A DNA stretch of 64,000 nt from Candidatus Micrarchaeota archaeon (lineage in GTDB: Archaea; Micrarchaeota; Micrarchaeia; Anstonellales; Bilamarchaeaceae): positions 2,575 through 66,574 of the forward strand of contig WJMN01000025.1 in NCBI GenBank assembly GCA_014727925.1, given 5' to 3'. A model generated the notes under the pieces. It ran no database searches. It had not been told where the DNA came from and saw only the letters and a program-made list of their open reading frames with translations. A program made the position numbers and the translations under genes. Within the stretch, counting starts at the first letter, position 1, and the number at the start of each line of letters is the position of its first letter. Of the stretch, positions 28,612 to 36,934 are shown one piece after another.

Positions 28612-28785
28612 ATGGCAGCAATAGAGGAAGGAAGAATTTGCATTAAAAAAATGGGAAAGGATTCAGGAGACGAGGTAGTTATTATAAAAATAATTGATGA
28701 CAATTTCGTGATGGTCAAGGGAGCCAAAGGAAAGGAAAGCAGAGTTAGCATACGGCACATTGAGCCAACTTCCCGCAAGGAATAG
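28612..28785 (+). CDS. rpl14e: 50S ribosomal protein eL14 (short)
   Basis: IEEGRICIK..G..SG..VVI..IID.NFV...G and HIEPT motifs. Confidence 0.9.
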   Translation: MAAIEEGRICIKKMGKDSGDEVVIIKIIDDNFVMVKGAKGKESRVSIRHIEPTSRKE

Positions 28786-28787
28786 GA

Positions 28788-29657
28788 ATGGATGTGCCGG
28801 AACTCCTTGGGTTGGGGGTTGTGGTGCTGGATAAGCCCTGCGGCCCTGTGAGCCATGAGGTTACATCTTGGGTAAAAAAGATGCTCGGGGGAACCAGGGC
28901 AGGTCATGCAGGAACCCTTGACCCTGATGTTTCCGGAGTCCTGCCTGTGGCCCTGGGGAGGGCTACCAAATTATTGAAATACATCTCCGGGAAAAGGAAG
29001 AGGTATGTGGGAATCTGCAAATTCAAAAAAGAGCTTCCGGATGAACACATTGAGGATATTTTTGCAAATTTCCGGGGGGAGATAGAGCAGACTCCCCCCC
29101 TTGTTTCTGCAGTTAAAAGGGTTCCAAGAAAAAGATTTGTATATTCCCTAGAACTCCTGGAAATAAAGGGGAAGAGGGTGCTTTTTGAAGCAAATGTAGA
29201 AGCGGGCACGTACATCCGTACCCTGTGCGAGGACATTGGAAAGGCTGCAGGCACCGAGGCATTCATGGAAGAGCTGAGGAGGACTGCGGTTGGGAGAATA
29301 CGGGAGGAGTCTGCACACACCGTGCAGGAACTCACGGATGCGCACTGGCTCTGGAAAGAAAATGATGACGATTCCCTTTTGAGAAAATGCATCGTGCCTG
29401 TGGATACCCTGCTGCATTTTAGGAGAGTATATGTATATGAAAATGCTGCAGAAAGCCTGGGGAAAGGGGCCCAGCTGATGGCACCCGGGCTTGCGGCTGC
29501 TGAACCGCTTATACGGAAAGGCGAGAAGGTTTCCATTTACACTGCAGACAGGCATGTGTTTGTGGGGGTGGGCGTTGCGCTTTTTGAAGGGGAGGAAATG
29601 AATGAGAAAACACGTGGAAAGGTTGTGAAAAGCGAGAGGATCCAGTTTAGGGTCTAA
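28788..29657 (+). CDS. cbf5: Cbf5 / TruB-family pseudouridine synthase with PUA domain
   Basis: DKP.GP.SHEV, GHAGTLDP, Q.PP..SAVKR, GTYIRTLC, ELRRT and GAQLMAPG motifs. Confidence 0.96.
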   Translation: MDVPELLGLGVVVLDKPCGPVSHEVTSWVKKMLGGTRAGHAGTLDPDVSGVLPVALGRATKLLKYISGKRKRYVGICKFKKELPDEHIEDIFANFRGEIEQTPPLVSAVKRVPRKRFVYSLELLEIKGKRVLFEANVEAGTYIRTLCEDIGKAAGTEAFMEELRRTAVGRIREESAHTVQELTDAHWLWKENDDDSLLRKCIVPVDTLLHFRRVYVYENAAESLGKGAQLMAPGLAAAEPLIRKGEKVSIYTADRHVFVGVGVALFEGEEMNEKTRGKVVKSERIQFRV

Positions 29658-30675
29658 CTTCCTTTTCTGCAAGCTCCTGCCATTTTGCATATATTTCCTT
29701 CTCTGTGCCGTTTTCGGTCTTTAGGGCAATTGTGGAGGTTTCTTCCCCGAATATGCTGGCAAAGTCTCCTTCAAGAGAAACCTCATGGAGGAACAGCCAG
29801 TTGACCATTTCCAGGTCCATCCCTTCTGTGCGGTTCTGGAAAACACCCAGGAACTCAGCCTGTTCATACTCTGAACCAGTAGATGGCCACCCTATTTCAG
29901 TAAAAGCTATGGGCTTGTTGGTGTAGCTATTTATACGGCGGTAATAGCCCGGAGGGAGTTTCTGTGGGGAGCTGTAATGCTTCCAGGGGTATGTTGTAAG
30001 GCCTATGATATCCGAGCGGTTGTCAAACTCTTCTAGCAGCCCCCATTGGCTGTTGTCAAGCAGGTGGGTGTAAGAAAATACCACGAATACTTTTGTTTCA
30101 GGAGAAACTTTCTTGATTTCGGTATAGGCCTCATCATAAAGCGTAATGTAGTGGGGAAGGTCCTCGGGGTGCAGGTAGAAATAATCATTTACTTCATTTC
30201 CAAGTGAGAAATAGCTGGGCCTGAACTCTTCTGCAAGAGTTTTTGCTTCATTTACCCAGGCTTTGCGGAATTTGGGATCTGTGATGTTTGCTGCAGTATG
30301 GTTGGGCCAGCATACCCCATACTGAAAACCTTTTCCGGGAGATTTAGAGAGTGTGGCGAAGTTAAGGGTCAGTACCGGCTCCATTCCGTTGCTCCGTGCA
30401 GCTTCAACTACTCTGGTCTGCCTGAGCCTGGTGCACTGGCCAATGCAGTTCGGGTCGCTCCAGACCATCATCACTTCGCCCAGCCGGCCTGCTTCTTCAT
30501 ATGCATCGACAATGTCTTCAAAAGAAGTTTCCGGCTGGGTTTTGGGTGAAGGCACCAACCCAACATAATAAGAGCGAGTGGCATTCCCACTAATTTGGGG
30601 CAACTCCTCAGCTGGTCCTAGACAGCCGGAAACAAAAGGCAGCAGGAGCATAATAACTAGAGGCATATACCGCAT
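29647..30675 (-). CDS. secreted lipoprotein, clan GH-A glycoside-hydrolase-like TIM barrel
   Basis: VSGC lipobox; acid/base LGNEVN and nucleophile KPIAFTEIGWP motifs. Confidence 0.75.
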   Translation of the reverse strand: MRYMPLVIMLLLPFVSGCLGPAEELPQISGNATRSYYVGLVPSPKTQPETSFEDIVDAYEEAGRLGEVMMVWSDPNCIGQCTRLRQTRVVEAARSNGMEPVLTLNFATLSKSPGKGFQYGVCWPNHTAANITDPKFRKAWVNEAKTLAEEFRPSYFSLGNEVNDYFYLHPEDLPHYITLYDEAYTEIKKVSPETKVFVVFSYTHLLDNSQWGLLEEFDNRSDIIGLTTYPWKHYSSPQKLPPGYYRRINSYTNKPIAFTEIGWPSTGSEYEQAEFLGVFQNRTEGMDLEMVNWLFLHEVSLEGDFASIFGEETSTIALKTENGTEKEIYAKWQELAEKEVRP

Positions 30676-30736
30676 GAGAAGGGGTTGAGGGGTAAGGAAT
30701 AAAAAGAAATTGGATATGAATAGCTATGCACTTTTT

Positions 30737-30821
30737 GCGGAGATGGCAGAATCTGGTTATCGCGCACGCCTGGAAAGCGTGTGCCCTCACGGGCTTGGGA
30801 GTTCGAATCTCCCTCTCCGCG
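30737..30821 (+). tRNA. tRNA-Ser(GGA), intronless, CCA not encoded
   Basis: Acceptor stem GCGGAGA/TCTCCGC, anticodon arm CACGC-CTGGAAA-GCGTG, long variable arm GCCC-TCAC-GGGC, T-loop GTTCGAATC, discriminator G. Confidence 0.96.
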
Positions 30822-31054
30822 TCAACTTTTATGCCGTTTTACTTCGTGTACAAAATTTGATAAAAACACCGTGTTATGCTGCCTTTTTGCGGAGAGGGGC
30901 TGTGGCCGGAAGGTCACTCAACCCTCTCCGCGTCGCTTTTTATCCAGCGTTAGGCTTGTCCAAAAAGCGGACCGTTAAGCTTGCTTCGCGAGAAGAAATC
31001 AATAGATTTCTTGGATCCAAAAAACACCGTGTTGCGCTGCCTTTTTGCGGAGAG
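30811..31054. repeat. two tandem tRNA-end-derived units with terminal inverted repeats
   Basis: CCCTCTCCGCGTC at 30811 and 30922; 35-nt direct repeat with 2 mismatches at 30862-30896 and 31020-31054, each ending in GCGGAGAG. Confidence 0.8.
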
Positions 31055-31102
31055 ATGGGGGGAACTAACCGGAACGCAGTAGCCGGGCAACCAGGTTGCA
31101 TG

Positions 31103-31564
31103 TCAGAGCAGTTCCGGGAGAAAGTAGTATTTAAGTTTCCAGGTTCCGTCCCTGTGGGTAATGCAGAGGGGGGCAGAATTGCGGAAAGCAACAAATGGCT
31201 TTCCTGAAGTGCCATAGAGCAGGAGGGAAGAAAGCTTTTCAAGGTTTGGAAGGTGGCCCACAAAAAAATAGGTTCCTGAAGAATCAAGAGAAGAAAGCTT
31301 GTCCTTTATTATTGAAGGGTCATCCAGAGGCTTCAGGCCCTCAATCTCCCCGGTTTTGCAATTAAGGGATTTTGCAAGGATTTCTGCAGTCTGCCTGGCC
31401 CTGAGCTTGGGAGAATGGAATATTTTGTTGGGAATTCGCTGTATAACAAATGAAAGCTTTTTTGCAATGTCGGATGTTTCCTTCATTCCCCTGGGAGAAA
31501 GCGGACGCTCCGTGTCCTCTTCTTCCGGTTTTGCCTCTCCGTGCTGCACAAGATAAATCTCCAT
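31103..31564 (-). CDS. sixA: phosphohistidine phosphatase SixA
   Basis: IYLVQHGEA, RPLS..G, HSPKLRARQTA and VGHLP motifs. Confidence 0.9.
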   Translation of the reverse strand: MEIYLVQHGEAKPEEEDTERPLSPRGMKETSDIAKKLSFVIQRIPNKIFHSPKLRARQTAEILAKSLNCKTGEIEGLKPLDDPSIIKDKLSSLDSSGTYFFVGHLPNLEKLSSLLLYGTSGKPFVAFRNSAPLCITHRDGTWKLKYYFLPELL

Positions 31565-31594
31565 GGCAAGAGGTCGAACGGAAAACTTAAGAAC

Positions 31595-32638
31595 TCAACT
31601 GAAAATTGAGTTCCAGTTCCGCCTTTCCCTGTTTTTCCAGGCTCCCTTGTGGTAAGCATACCCTGCAATCAGTGGCACAACTGTGGTGGCCTCTGCATAA
31701 ACCATCTGTTCGTGGACAGTGTCAACCTTGCCCCATGAACTTGCCTCTTTGAGGGTAGAGCTTGAGCAGGCGCCGTCCCGGACATCTGCAACTGTAATCT
31801 GGACAGCGAATTCGTGCATCGGGACCTCCTTTCCAAGGCACTCAGCACATACAACAGTGTCCTGGGCAAAATTCTTTGGGACGCCTCCCCCGACCATGAA
31901 CAGCCCGGAGGTGGGGGAATTTATCTTGATTTGGGTAAGTTCCCGGAAATCCTTCACTGAATCAATCGCAATATGGCTTTCAGGGTTGGCATCCTGGTGC
32001 ATCACCAGCCCGAAGCCTGCACTGGAATCTGAAAAGGCGGGGCAGAAGATTGGAACGCCATGCTGGTAGGCGAGCTTTACCAGTGAATCCTCCCTCTTTC
32101 CGTTCTCCTCCAGATACCTCCCCATCTCTGTTATGAATTCCCGGGAAGAGTATGGGCGGGGCTCAAGGCCATCTGCTATTTCTTTTATTGTGCTGTCGCA
32201 TGCCTGAAGGTCCTCCTCATCTATGAAAGTATCATAAATCCGGTCTATGTAGAGCTTGCGCAGCTCCTTGTCGTTTACTGCCGGGGTGCCGCGGTAATGG
32301 TGGAACCCGAGAGCCTCAAAAAAATCCATGTCTACTATAGAGGCGCCTGTTGCGACCACTGCATCAACCATGTTGTAGCGCACCATGTCGGAGTAAACCT
32401 TCATGCAACCCCCTGCGCTTGTGCTCCCTGCAAGGCTAAGGATTACTGTGCATCCTGGCTTTTCCAGCATCATATTGAAGATGTCCGCGGCATTTGCCGT
32501 GTCTCTGGAACTGAAGGACATGCCCCTCATTGAATCAACTACCCCTGAAGGGTCAAAGGAGGTTATGTCCACGTGCCTGATTTTTTCCTTTAGGAAGTCT
32601 TCTTTGCCCATATACTGCACCTCTTTTGAAGAAAGCAT
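31595..32638 (-). CDS. deoxyhypusine synthase-family protein, bacterial (SpeY-like) subtype
   Basis: IDRIYDT, CPAFSDSSAG, GGGVPKNF and DGACSSSTLKEASSWGKV with catalytic Lys retained. Confidence 0.88.
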   Translation of the reverse strand: MLSSKEVQYMGKEDFLKEKIRHVDITSFDPSGVVDSMRGMSFSSRDTANAADIFNMMLEKPGCTVILSLAGSTSAGGCMKVYSDMVRYNMVDAVVATGASIVDMDFFEALGFHHYRGTPAVNDKELRKLYIDRIYDTFIDEEDLQACDSTIKEIADGLEPRPYSSREFITEMGRYLEENGKREDSLVKLAYQHGVPIFCPAFSDSSAGFGLVMHQDANPESHIAIDSVKDFRELTQIKINSPTSGLFMVGGGVPKNFAQDTVVCAECLGKEVPMHEFAVQITVADVRDGACSSSTLKEASSWGKVDTVHEQMVYAEATTVVPLIAGYAYHKGAWKNRERRNWNSIFS

Positions 32639-32801
32639 GGGAATTTTATGGGGAGGGTTATATATTTTTGATGGTGTTGTGGGAGCGGCATATTCGGAAG
32701 GGGCGCAAGCAGGTTTAAAAAGATTACTAAGAAATAATAGTCCCTACACTGTTTTCTGAGTGTGACAGTATTATCAATAAATTGTGATTCCTGGTGAGTT
32801 A

Positions 32802-33374
32802 ATGGGAAAAGCCAAGAAAAAAGATGTTAAAAAAGAAAAAAAGAAGCCGGAAAAATCCGCTTCGAAAAAGAAGGCCACTCCGGAAGAGGAGGAAGGAATA
32901 AGGGGAATTATAAGGCTGGCCGGAAGAGATGTGATGGGGCAGCTGCCCCTCAAGAGGGCACTGCTTAGGGTAAAGGGCATAGGATATTCCACGAACCGGA
33001 GCGTTGCCCGGATAATTGCAAAAGAAATGAGCGTTGAGCCTGACGTAAAAGTAGGCCGTTTCAGCGATGAGCAGATTGAAAAGATTGACCAGATACTGAC
33101 AAACCTGCAGGATTACGGAATACCTTCCCACCTCATGAACAGGAGAAAGGATAGGGAAACAGGAAAGGACCTGCACAACATTATGAACGACCTTGTGTTC
33201 TCCCAGAGGCAGGACATTGAAGGCGAAAAGAAGCTTTACACGTGGAGAGGCTACAGGCATGCCTACGGGCAGAAAGTACGCGGGCAGAGGACAAAGAACA
33301 CCGGCAGGCACGGAATGTCCCTGGGTGTGATGAGAAAATCCCAGCAGCCAGGAGAGAAGAAAGGCAAGAAATAG
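32802..33374 (+). CDS. rps13: 30S ribosomal protein uS13 with charged N-terminal extension
   Basis: VKGIG, NRRKD.ETG and RGYRH..GQKVRGQRTK.TGR motifs. Confidence 0.96.
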   Translation: MGKAKKKDVKKEKKKPEKSASKKKATPEEEEGIRGIIRLAGRDVMGQLPLKRALLRVKGIGYSTNRSVARIIAKEMSVEPDVKVGRFSDEQIEKIDQILTNLQDYGIPSHLMNRRKDRETGKDLHNIMNDLVFSQRQDIEGEKKLYTWRGYRHAYGQKVRGQRTKNTGRHGMSLGVMRKSQQPGEKKGKK

Positions 33375-33384
33375 GTGAATCTGA

Positions 33385-33942
33385 ATGGGAGACCCCAGAC
33401 AACTCAAAAACAAGTATGAGAGGCCCAAGAGGCTTTGGGAAAGCAAGAGGATTGCTGAGGAAAAGGCCATCAAAAGGGAATATGGCCTCAAGACCATGAA
33501 AGAGATATGGGTAATGAACCAGGAGCTTAAGAGAGTGAGGCGTGCAGCAAGAAGGCTTCTCTCACTTACTGAGGAAGAGCGTGAACGGGACCTCCCAAAG
33601 CTTATGGGAAAACTCGCAAAACTCGGGATTCTGGAGGAAAATGCAAAGCTGGAGCAGGTGCTTTCGCTTACAGTAAGGGATATCCTTGAGAGAAGGCTCC
33701 AGACAAGGGTCCAGAGAAAAGGCCTTGCAAAAACAACAAAGCAGGCAAGGCAGCTGATTACCCATGGATTTGTTTCTGTGGGCGGAAGGAAAATCCGCTC
33801 TCCCAGCTACCTTGTTCAGATAGCAGAAGATGATTCCATTTCATATTATAAGAAATTTGAGCTTGAGCAGCCGGAGCCGGAAGAAGAGGCAGCAGCAGAA
33901 GCAAAAGAGCCCGAGAAAAAAGAAGAGGGGGCTGCTGAATAA
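33385..33942 (+). CDS. rps4: 30S ribosomal protein uS4
   Basis: MGDPR, YGLK, LERRLQT and QARQLITHG motifs. Confidence 0.96.
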   Translation: MGDPRQLKNKYERPKRLWESKRIAEEKAIKREYGLKTMKEIWVMNQELKRVRRAARRLLSLTEEERERDLPKLMGKLAKLGILEENAKLEQVLSLTVRDILERRLQTRVQRKGLAKTTKQARQLITHGFVSVGGRKIRSPSYLVQIAEDDSISYYKKFELEQPEPEEEAAAEAKEPEKKEEGAAE

Positions 33943-33953
33943 AGGTGAAGATT

Positions 33954-34535
33954 ATGGCTGAAGAAAAAGAAGATGCAAAAAAGGCAGAGGGGGAAGCAGG
34001 GCAGGAAGAGGTAAAAAAGGAGGCTCCAAAACCAGAAAAAAAAGAGGATGCAAAGGAAGAGCCGGTGAAAGAGAAAAAAGAGGAATCTTCTTCAGAAAAG
34101 CCGGAGGCTTCAGGCGAAGAAGAGGTAAAAAAGGAAACAAAGAAAAAGAAGCCGGGCAAGCTTGCAGTTGTGCATGTTTACTCCTCCAAAAATGATACGA
34201 TTATTACCGCAACAGACATAAGCGGTGCAGAAACCCTCTCCTGGGCAAGCGGCGGAATGATGGTTAAGTCTTCAAGAGAGGAAGGGAAACCATATGCAGC
34301 AATGCAGGCGGCCCAGAAAGTTGTTGGGGACCTCAAGGAGAAGGGTGTGGATACAGTCCACATAAAAATCCGCGCACCAGGCGGAAACGGCCAGAAAACC
34401 CCTGGTTCCGGTGCAAAGGCAGTGGTGAGGGCCATTGCAAGGATGAAAGTAAGAGTAGGGAGAATTGAAGATGTTACACCGGTGCCAACTGACTCCATGA
34501 AGAGAGCAGGGGGAAGGCGCGGAAGAAGGGTGTAG
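33954..34535 (+). CDS. rps11: 30S ribosomal protein uS11 with about 68-aa E/K-rich N-terminal extension
   Basis: [19 protein letters not shown] and IEDVTP.P.D...GGRRGRRV motifs. Confidence 0.96.
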   Translation: MAEEKEDAKKAEGEAGQEEVKKEAPKPEKKEDAKEEPVKEKKEESSSEKPEASGEEEVKKETKKKKPGKLAVVHVYSSKNDTIITATDISGAETLSWASGGMMVKSSREEGKPYAAMQAAQKVVGDLKEKGVDTVHIKIRAPGGNGQKTPGSGAKAVVRAIARMKVRVGRIEDVTPVPTDSMKRAGGRRGRRV

Positions 34536-34539
34536 CCCA

Positions 34540-35115
34540 ATGAAAACAGAACTCATTGAATCAAAAGGAAACTGCCTTTCTATGAAAGTGGAGGGGGTTA
34601 GCACCTCCCTCGTAAATGCAGTAAGGAGATATTGCATCGGGCAGGTGGAAGTGCTGGCTGTTGACTCGGTCACCATGTATGAGAATACATCTTCTATGTT
34701 TGATGAATATGTGACCCACAGGATTGGGCTTCTTCCCCTCATAAGCCCCAAAGGGATTAAGGAAGGGATGGAAGTTTCATTTTCGCTGGATGAAAGCGGG
34801 CCAAAAGTTGTTTACTCGGGGGACCTCAAAACAACGGACAAGGATGTGAAAGTTGCAAAGGAGAGGATACCCATAATAACTCTTTTTGAAAACCAGAATC
34901 TCAGGCTTGAATGCAAGGCAATTGTGGGGACCGGGCAGACTCATGCAAAATTCCAGTCCGGAATCGCAGCATACGGGGAAGAAGGAAAGGAAGAGTTTGT
35001 GTTCAAGGCGGAGAGCTTTTATCAGATGAAGCCTAAGGAGCTGGTTGTCAGGGCCTGCAAAAAGCTGGAAAAGGATATTTCAGACCTGGCAAAGGCAGTC
35101 AAAAAAGCCAAATAG
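34540..35115 (+). CDS. rpoD: RNA polymerase subunit D (Rpo3), short form with no visible Fe-S insert
   Basis: NAVRR, ENTSSMFDE..HRIGLLPL, VYSGDL and HAKFQ motifs. Confidence 0.94.
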   Translation: MKTELIESKGNCLSMKVEGVSTSLVNAVRRYCIGQVEVLAVDSVTMYENTSSMFDEYVTHRIGLLPLISPKGIKEGMEVSFSLDESGPKVVYSGDLKTTDKDVKVAKERIPIITLFENQNLRLECKAIVGTGQTHAKFQSGIAAYGEEGKEEFVFKAESFYQMKPKELVVRACKKLEKDISDLAKAVKKAK

Positions 35116-35136
35116 GGCCTAGTTGGAGGCGGAAAA

Positions 35137-36150
35137 TTGGGAACTTCGGAAAAAGGCAAATGCTCTTTTTCTCCTGAAGTTACTGAAGAATTTTTGAAAA
35201 AGCAGTATGGGATTGTGGGGGGCCATTCTGCGGTGCAGGTTTGCGGATGGACAAAAAGGATTATGCGGGAGAAGGGGGCATGCTACAAGCAGAAATTCTA
35301 TGGGGCTGACTGCGCCTCCTGTGCACAGATGAGCCCTGCGGCTGCGTGGTGCTCGCAGAACTGCATCTTTTGCTGGAGGCCTATGGAATGGATGGATTTT
35401 CGGCAAATGGAAGAAAAGGATGTGGACTCACCTGAAGAAATAATTCATGAGACTGTTGCTGCAAAGAGGAAGCTTATTTCCGGGCTTGGGGGTGCAGATG
35501 ATATTGATGAGAGGCTGTTTAGGAGAGTGCTGGAAGCTTTTCCTGCGCACTGGGCAATCAGTTTGAGTGGGGAGCCTACGCTTTACCCGCGGCTGCCGGA
35601 GCTTATCCTGCTGCTCAAGAAAAATCCGGAAGTAAAAACAGTATTTCTGGTCACCAACGGGCAGGAGCCGGAAATGCTTTTGAGGCTGAAAAGAGAGGAG
35701 GCTTTGCCTACACAGCTTTACATCTCAGTGGATGCTGCAGAACCCGAAACATTTGGGAGAGTGAATGTGCCGGTTTATTCTGAGGGGTGGGAGCGGCTAA
35801 ATAGGACGCTTGAAATGGTTGCGGATTTTCCCTGCAGGAGGGTTTTGCGATTTACAGTGATAAAGGGGGTTAATGATTTGGAAGGAATGTTGCCGCTTTA
35901 TGGGAAGATGTTTGAAAACAGCGGGGCGGACTTTATTGAGGTGAAGGCGTACATGCACCTTGGCTATTCAAGAAAGAGGCTGGATGCAGAAAACATGCCT
36001 TCTCATGATTATGTGAAGGAATTGTGCGGGAAGCTGCTGGAATTTTTACCGAAGTATTCTTTTGAAGATGAAGATGAAAAATCCAGGATTGTGCTTCTTA
36101 AGAACAAAGATTCTAAATATAAGAATATTATAAAGAGCGTTGAGGGGTAA
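35137..36150 (+). CDS. taw1: 4-demethylwyosine synthase Taw1/TYW1 (radical SAM)
   Basis: HSAVQVC.W, CYKQKFYG, CxxxCxxC (CSQNCIFCWR), AISLSGEPTLYP and EVKAYMHLG.S motifs. Confidence 0.95.
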   Translation: MGTSEKGKCSFSPEVTEEFLKKQYGIVGGHSAVQVCGWTKRIMREKGACYKQKFYGADCASCAQMSPAAAWCSQNCIFCWRPMEWMDFRQMEEKDVDSPEEIIHETVAAKRKLISGLGGADDIDERLFRRVLEAFPAHWAISLSGEPTLYPRLPELILLLKKNPEVKTVFLVTNGQEPEMLLRLKREEALPTQLYISVDAAEPETFGRVNVPVYSEGWERLNRTLEMVADFPCRRVLRFTVIKGVNDLEGMLPLYGKMFENSGADFIEVKAYMHLGYSRKRLDAENMPSHDYVKELCGKLLEFLPKYSFEDEDEKSRIVLLKNKDSKYKNIIKSVEG

Positions 36151-36184
36151 CTATTTATAAACACTTAATCTCATAAGTAAACAC

Positions 36185-36934
36185 ATGAAAAAGCAGGTCC
36201 GCAGAACCAGGCTTAGTTCCCCAGGTCATGAAAAGAAAACCCCTGGAAAGGCAGTGAAAAGAAACTGGTTCTCAAGGCACCCCCTCCTGAGTGGGGCAGT
36301 GCTGGCTGCAGGAATTGGTGCGGCTGCAATTTTTTCAGGAAAAAACGAGGCAGGAGAAGAGAAAGGATCACAAAAAGAGGCAAAAAGCCCCTGTGAAAAT
36401 GCAAAAGAGAAAAAAGAACGGCGAATCCGGGAAACCCTGGCCAGGATAGAGCACATTGTGGCATTCCAGAAAAAAATTATGGATGGGGGCTGGAAAAAAA
36501 GGTGGAGAGAGCAGGAAAAAGAAAGGCGACAAATGGGGGAAGAGGAATTCAGGGGGGCGCTTTTTGGAAAAACGAAGCAGGAACTTACAGAAATGCTTGT
36601 TGCACAGAATAGAATCATAGGGGAGCTCAGAGAAGAGAGCGCAGGCGGGGATGAAATCTGGCATGAGAGGAACAAGCAGATGATTATACAGAGAATGCTT
36701 GATGATATGGAAATCGCGGAGCGTGGGCTCCTCAAAAAAAGCATAGATGAGCTTGAATCCCTCCTAAGTGAGCTTGATGAGGCAATCATAGAGGGAGAGG
36801 AGAACATCAGGAACCTAGATGGGTACCTGCAGGCTATGGAAGAGAGAGCACTTGTTGCAAAGGCACTGGAGGAAAAAAGGGTGTGGGGAGAAATAATTTA
36901 CCCTTCAACAATCTGGAAGGAAGCGCGGGATTAG
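36185..36934 (+). CDS. hypothetical membrane-anchored coiled-coil protein
   Basis: Basic N-terminus, one hydrophobic segment (LLSGAVLAAGIGAAAIF), E/K-rich helices; TTTATAAA box upstream. Confidence 0.7.
   Translation: MKKQVRRTRLSSPGHEKKTPGKAVKRNWFSRHPLLSGAVLAAGIGAAAIFSGKNEAGEEKGSQKEAKSPCENAKEKKERRIRETLARIEHIVAFQKKIMDGGWKKRWREQEKERRQMGEEEFRGALFGKTKQELTEMLVAQNRIIGELREESAGGDEIWHERNKQMIIQRMLDDMEIAERGLLKKSIDELESLLSELDEAIIEGEENIRNLDGYLQAMEERALVAKALEEKRVWGEIIYPSTIWKEARD

Noticed and set aside
30889..30932. Possible split/permuted tRNA half or SRP helix 8 (CCGGAAGG)
   Set aside because: No D/T loops, anticodon arm or bulge-helix-bulge motif, and the SRP internal-loop bases are absent. Kept only as a minihelix-like repeat.
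30862..31054. CRISPR mini-array
   Set aside because: Only two imperfect 35-nt copies about 123 nt apart, with homologous flanks and no cas genes.
30710..31207. 165-aa + strand ORF
   Set aside because: Runs through tRNA-Ser and the repeats and overlaps sixA antisense; no protein-like features.
32745..32762. Small hairpin ACACT...AGTGT upstream of rps13 as an r-leader
   Set aside because: Only 5 bp and expected by chance; insufficient support.
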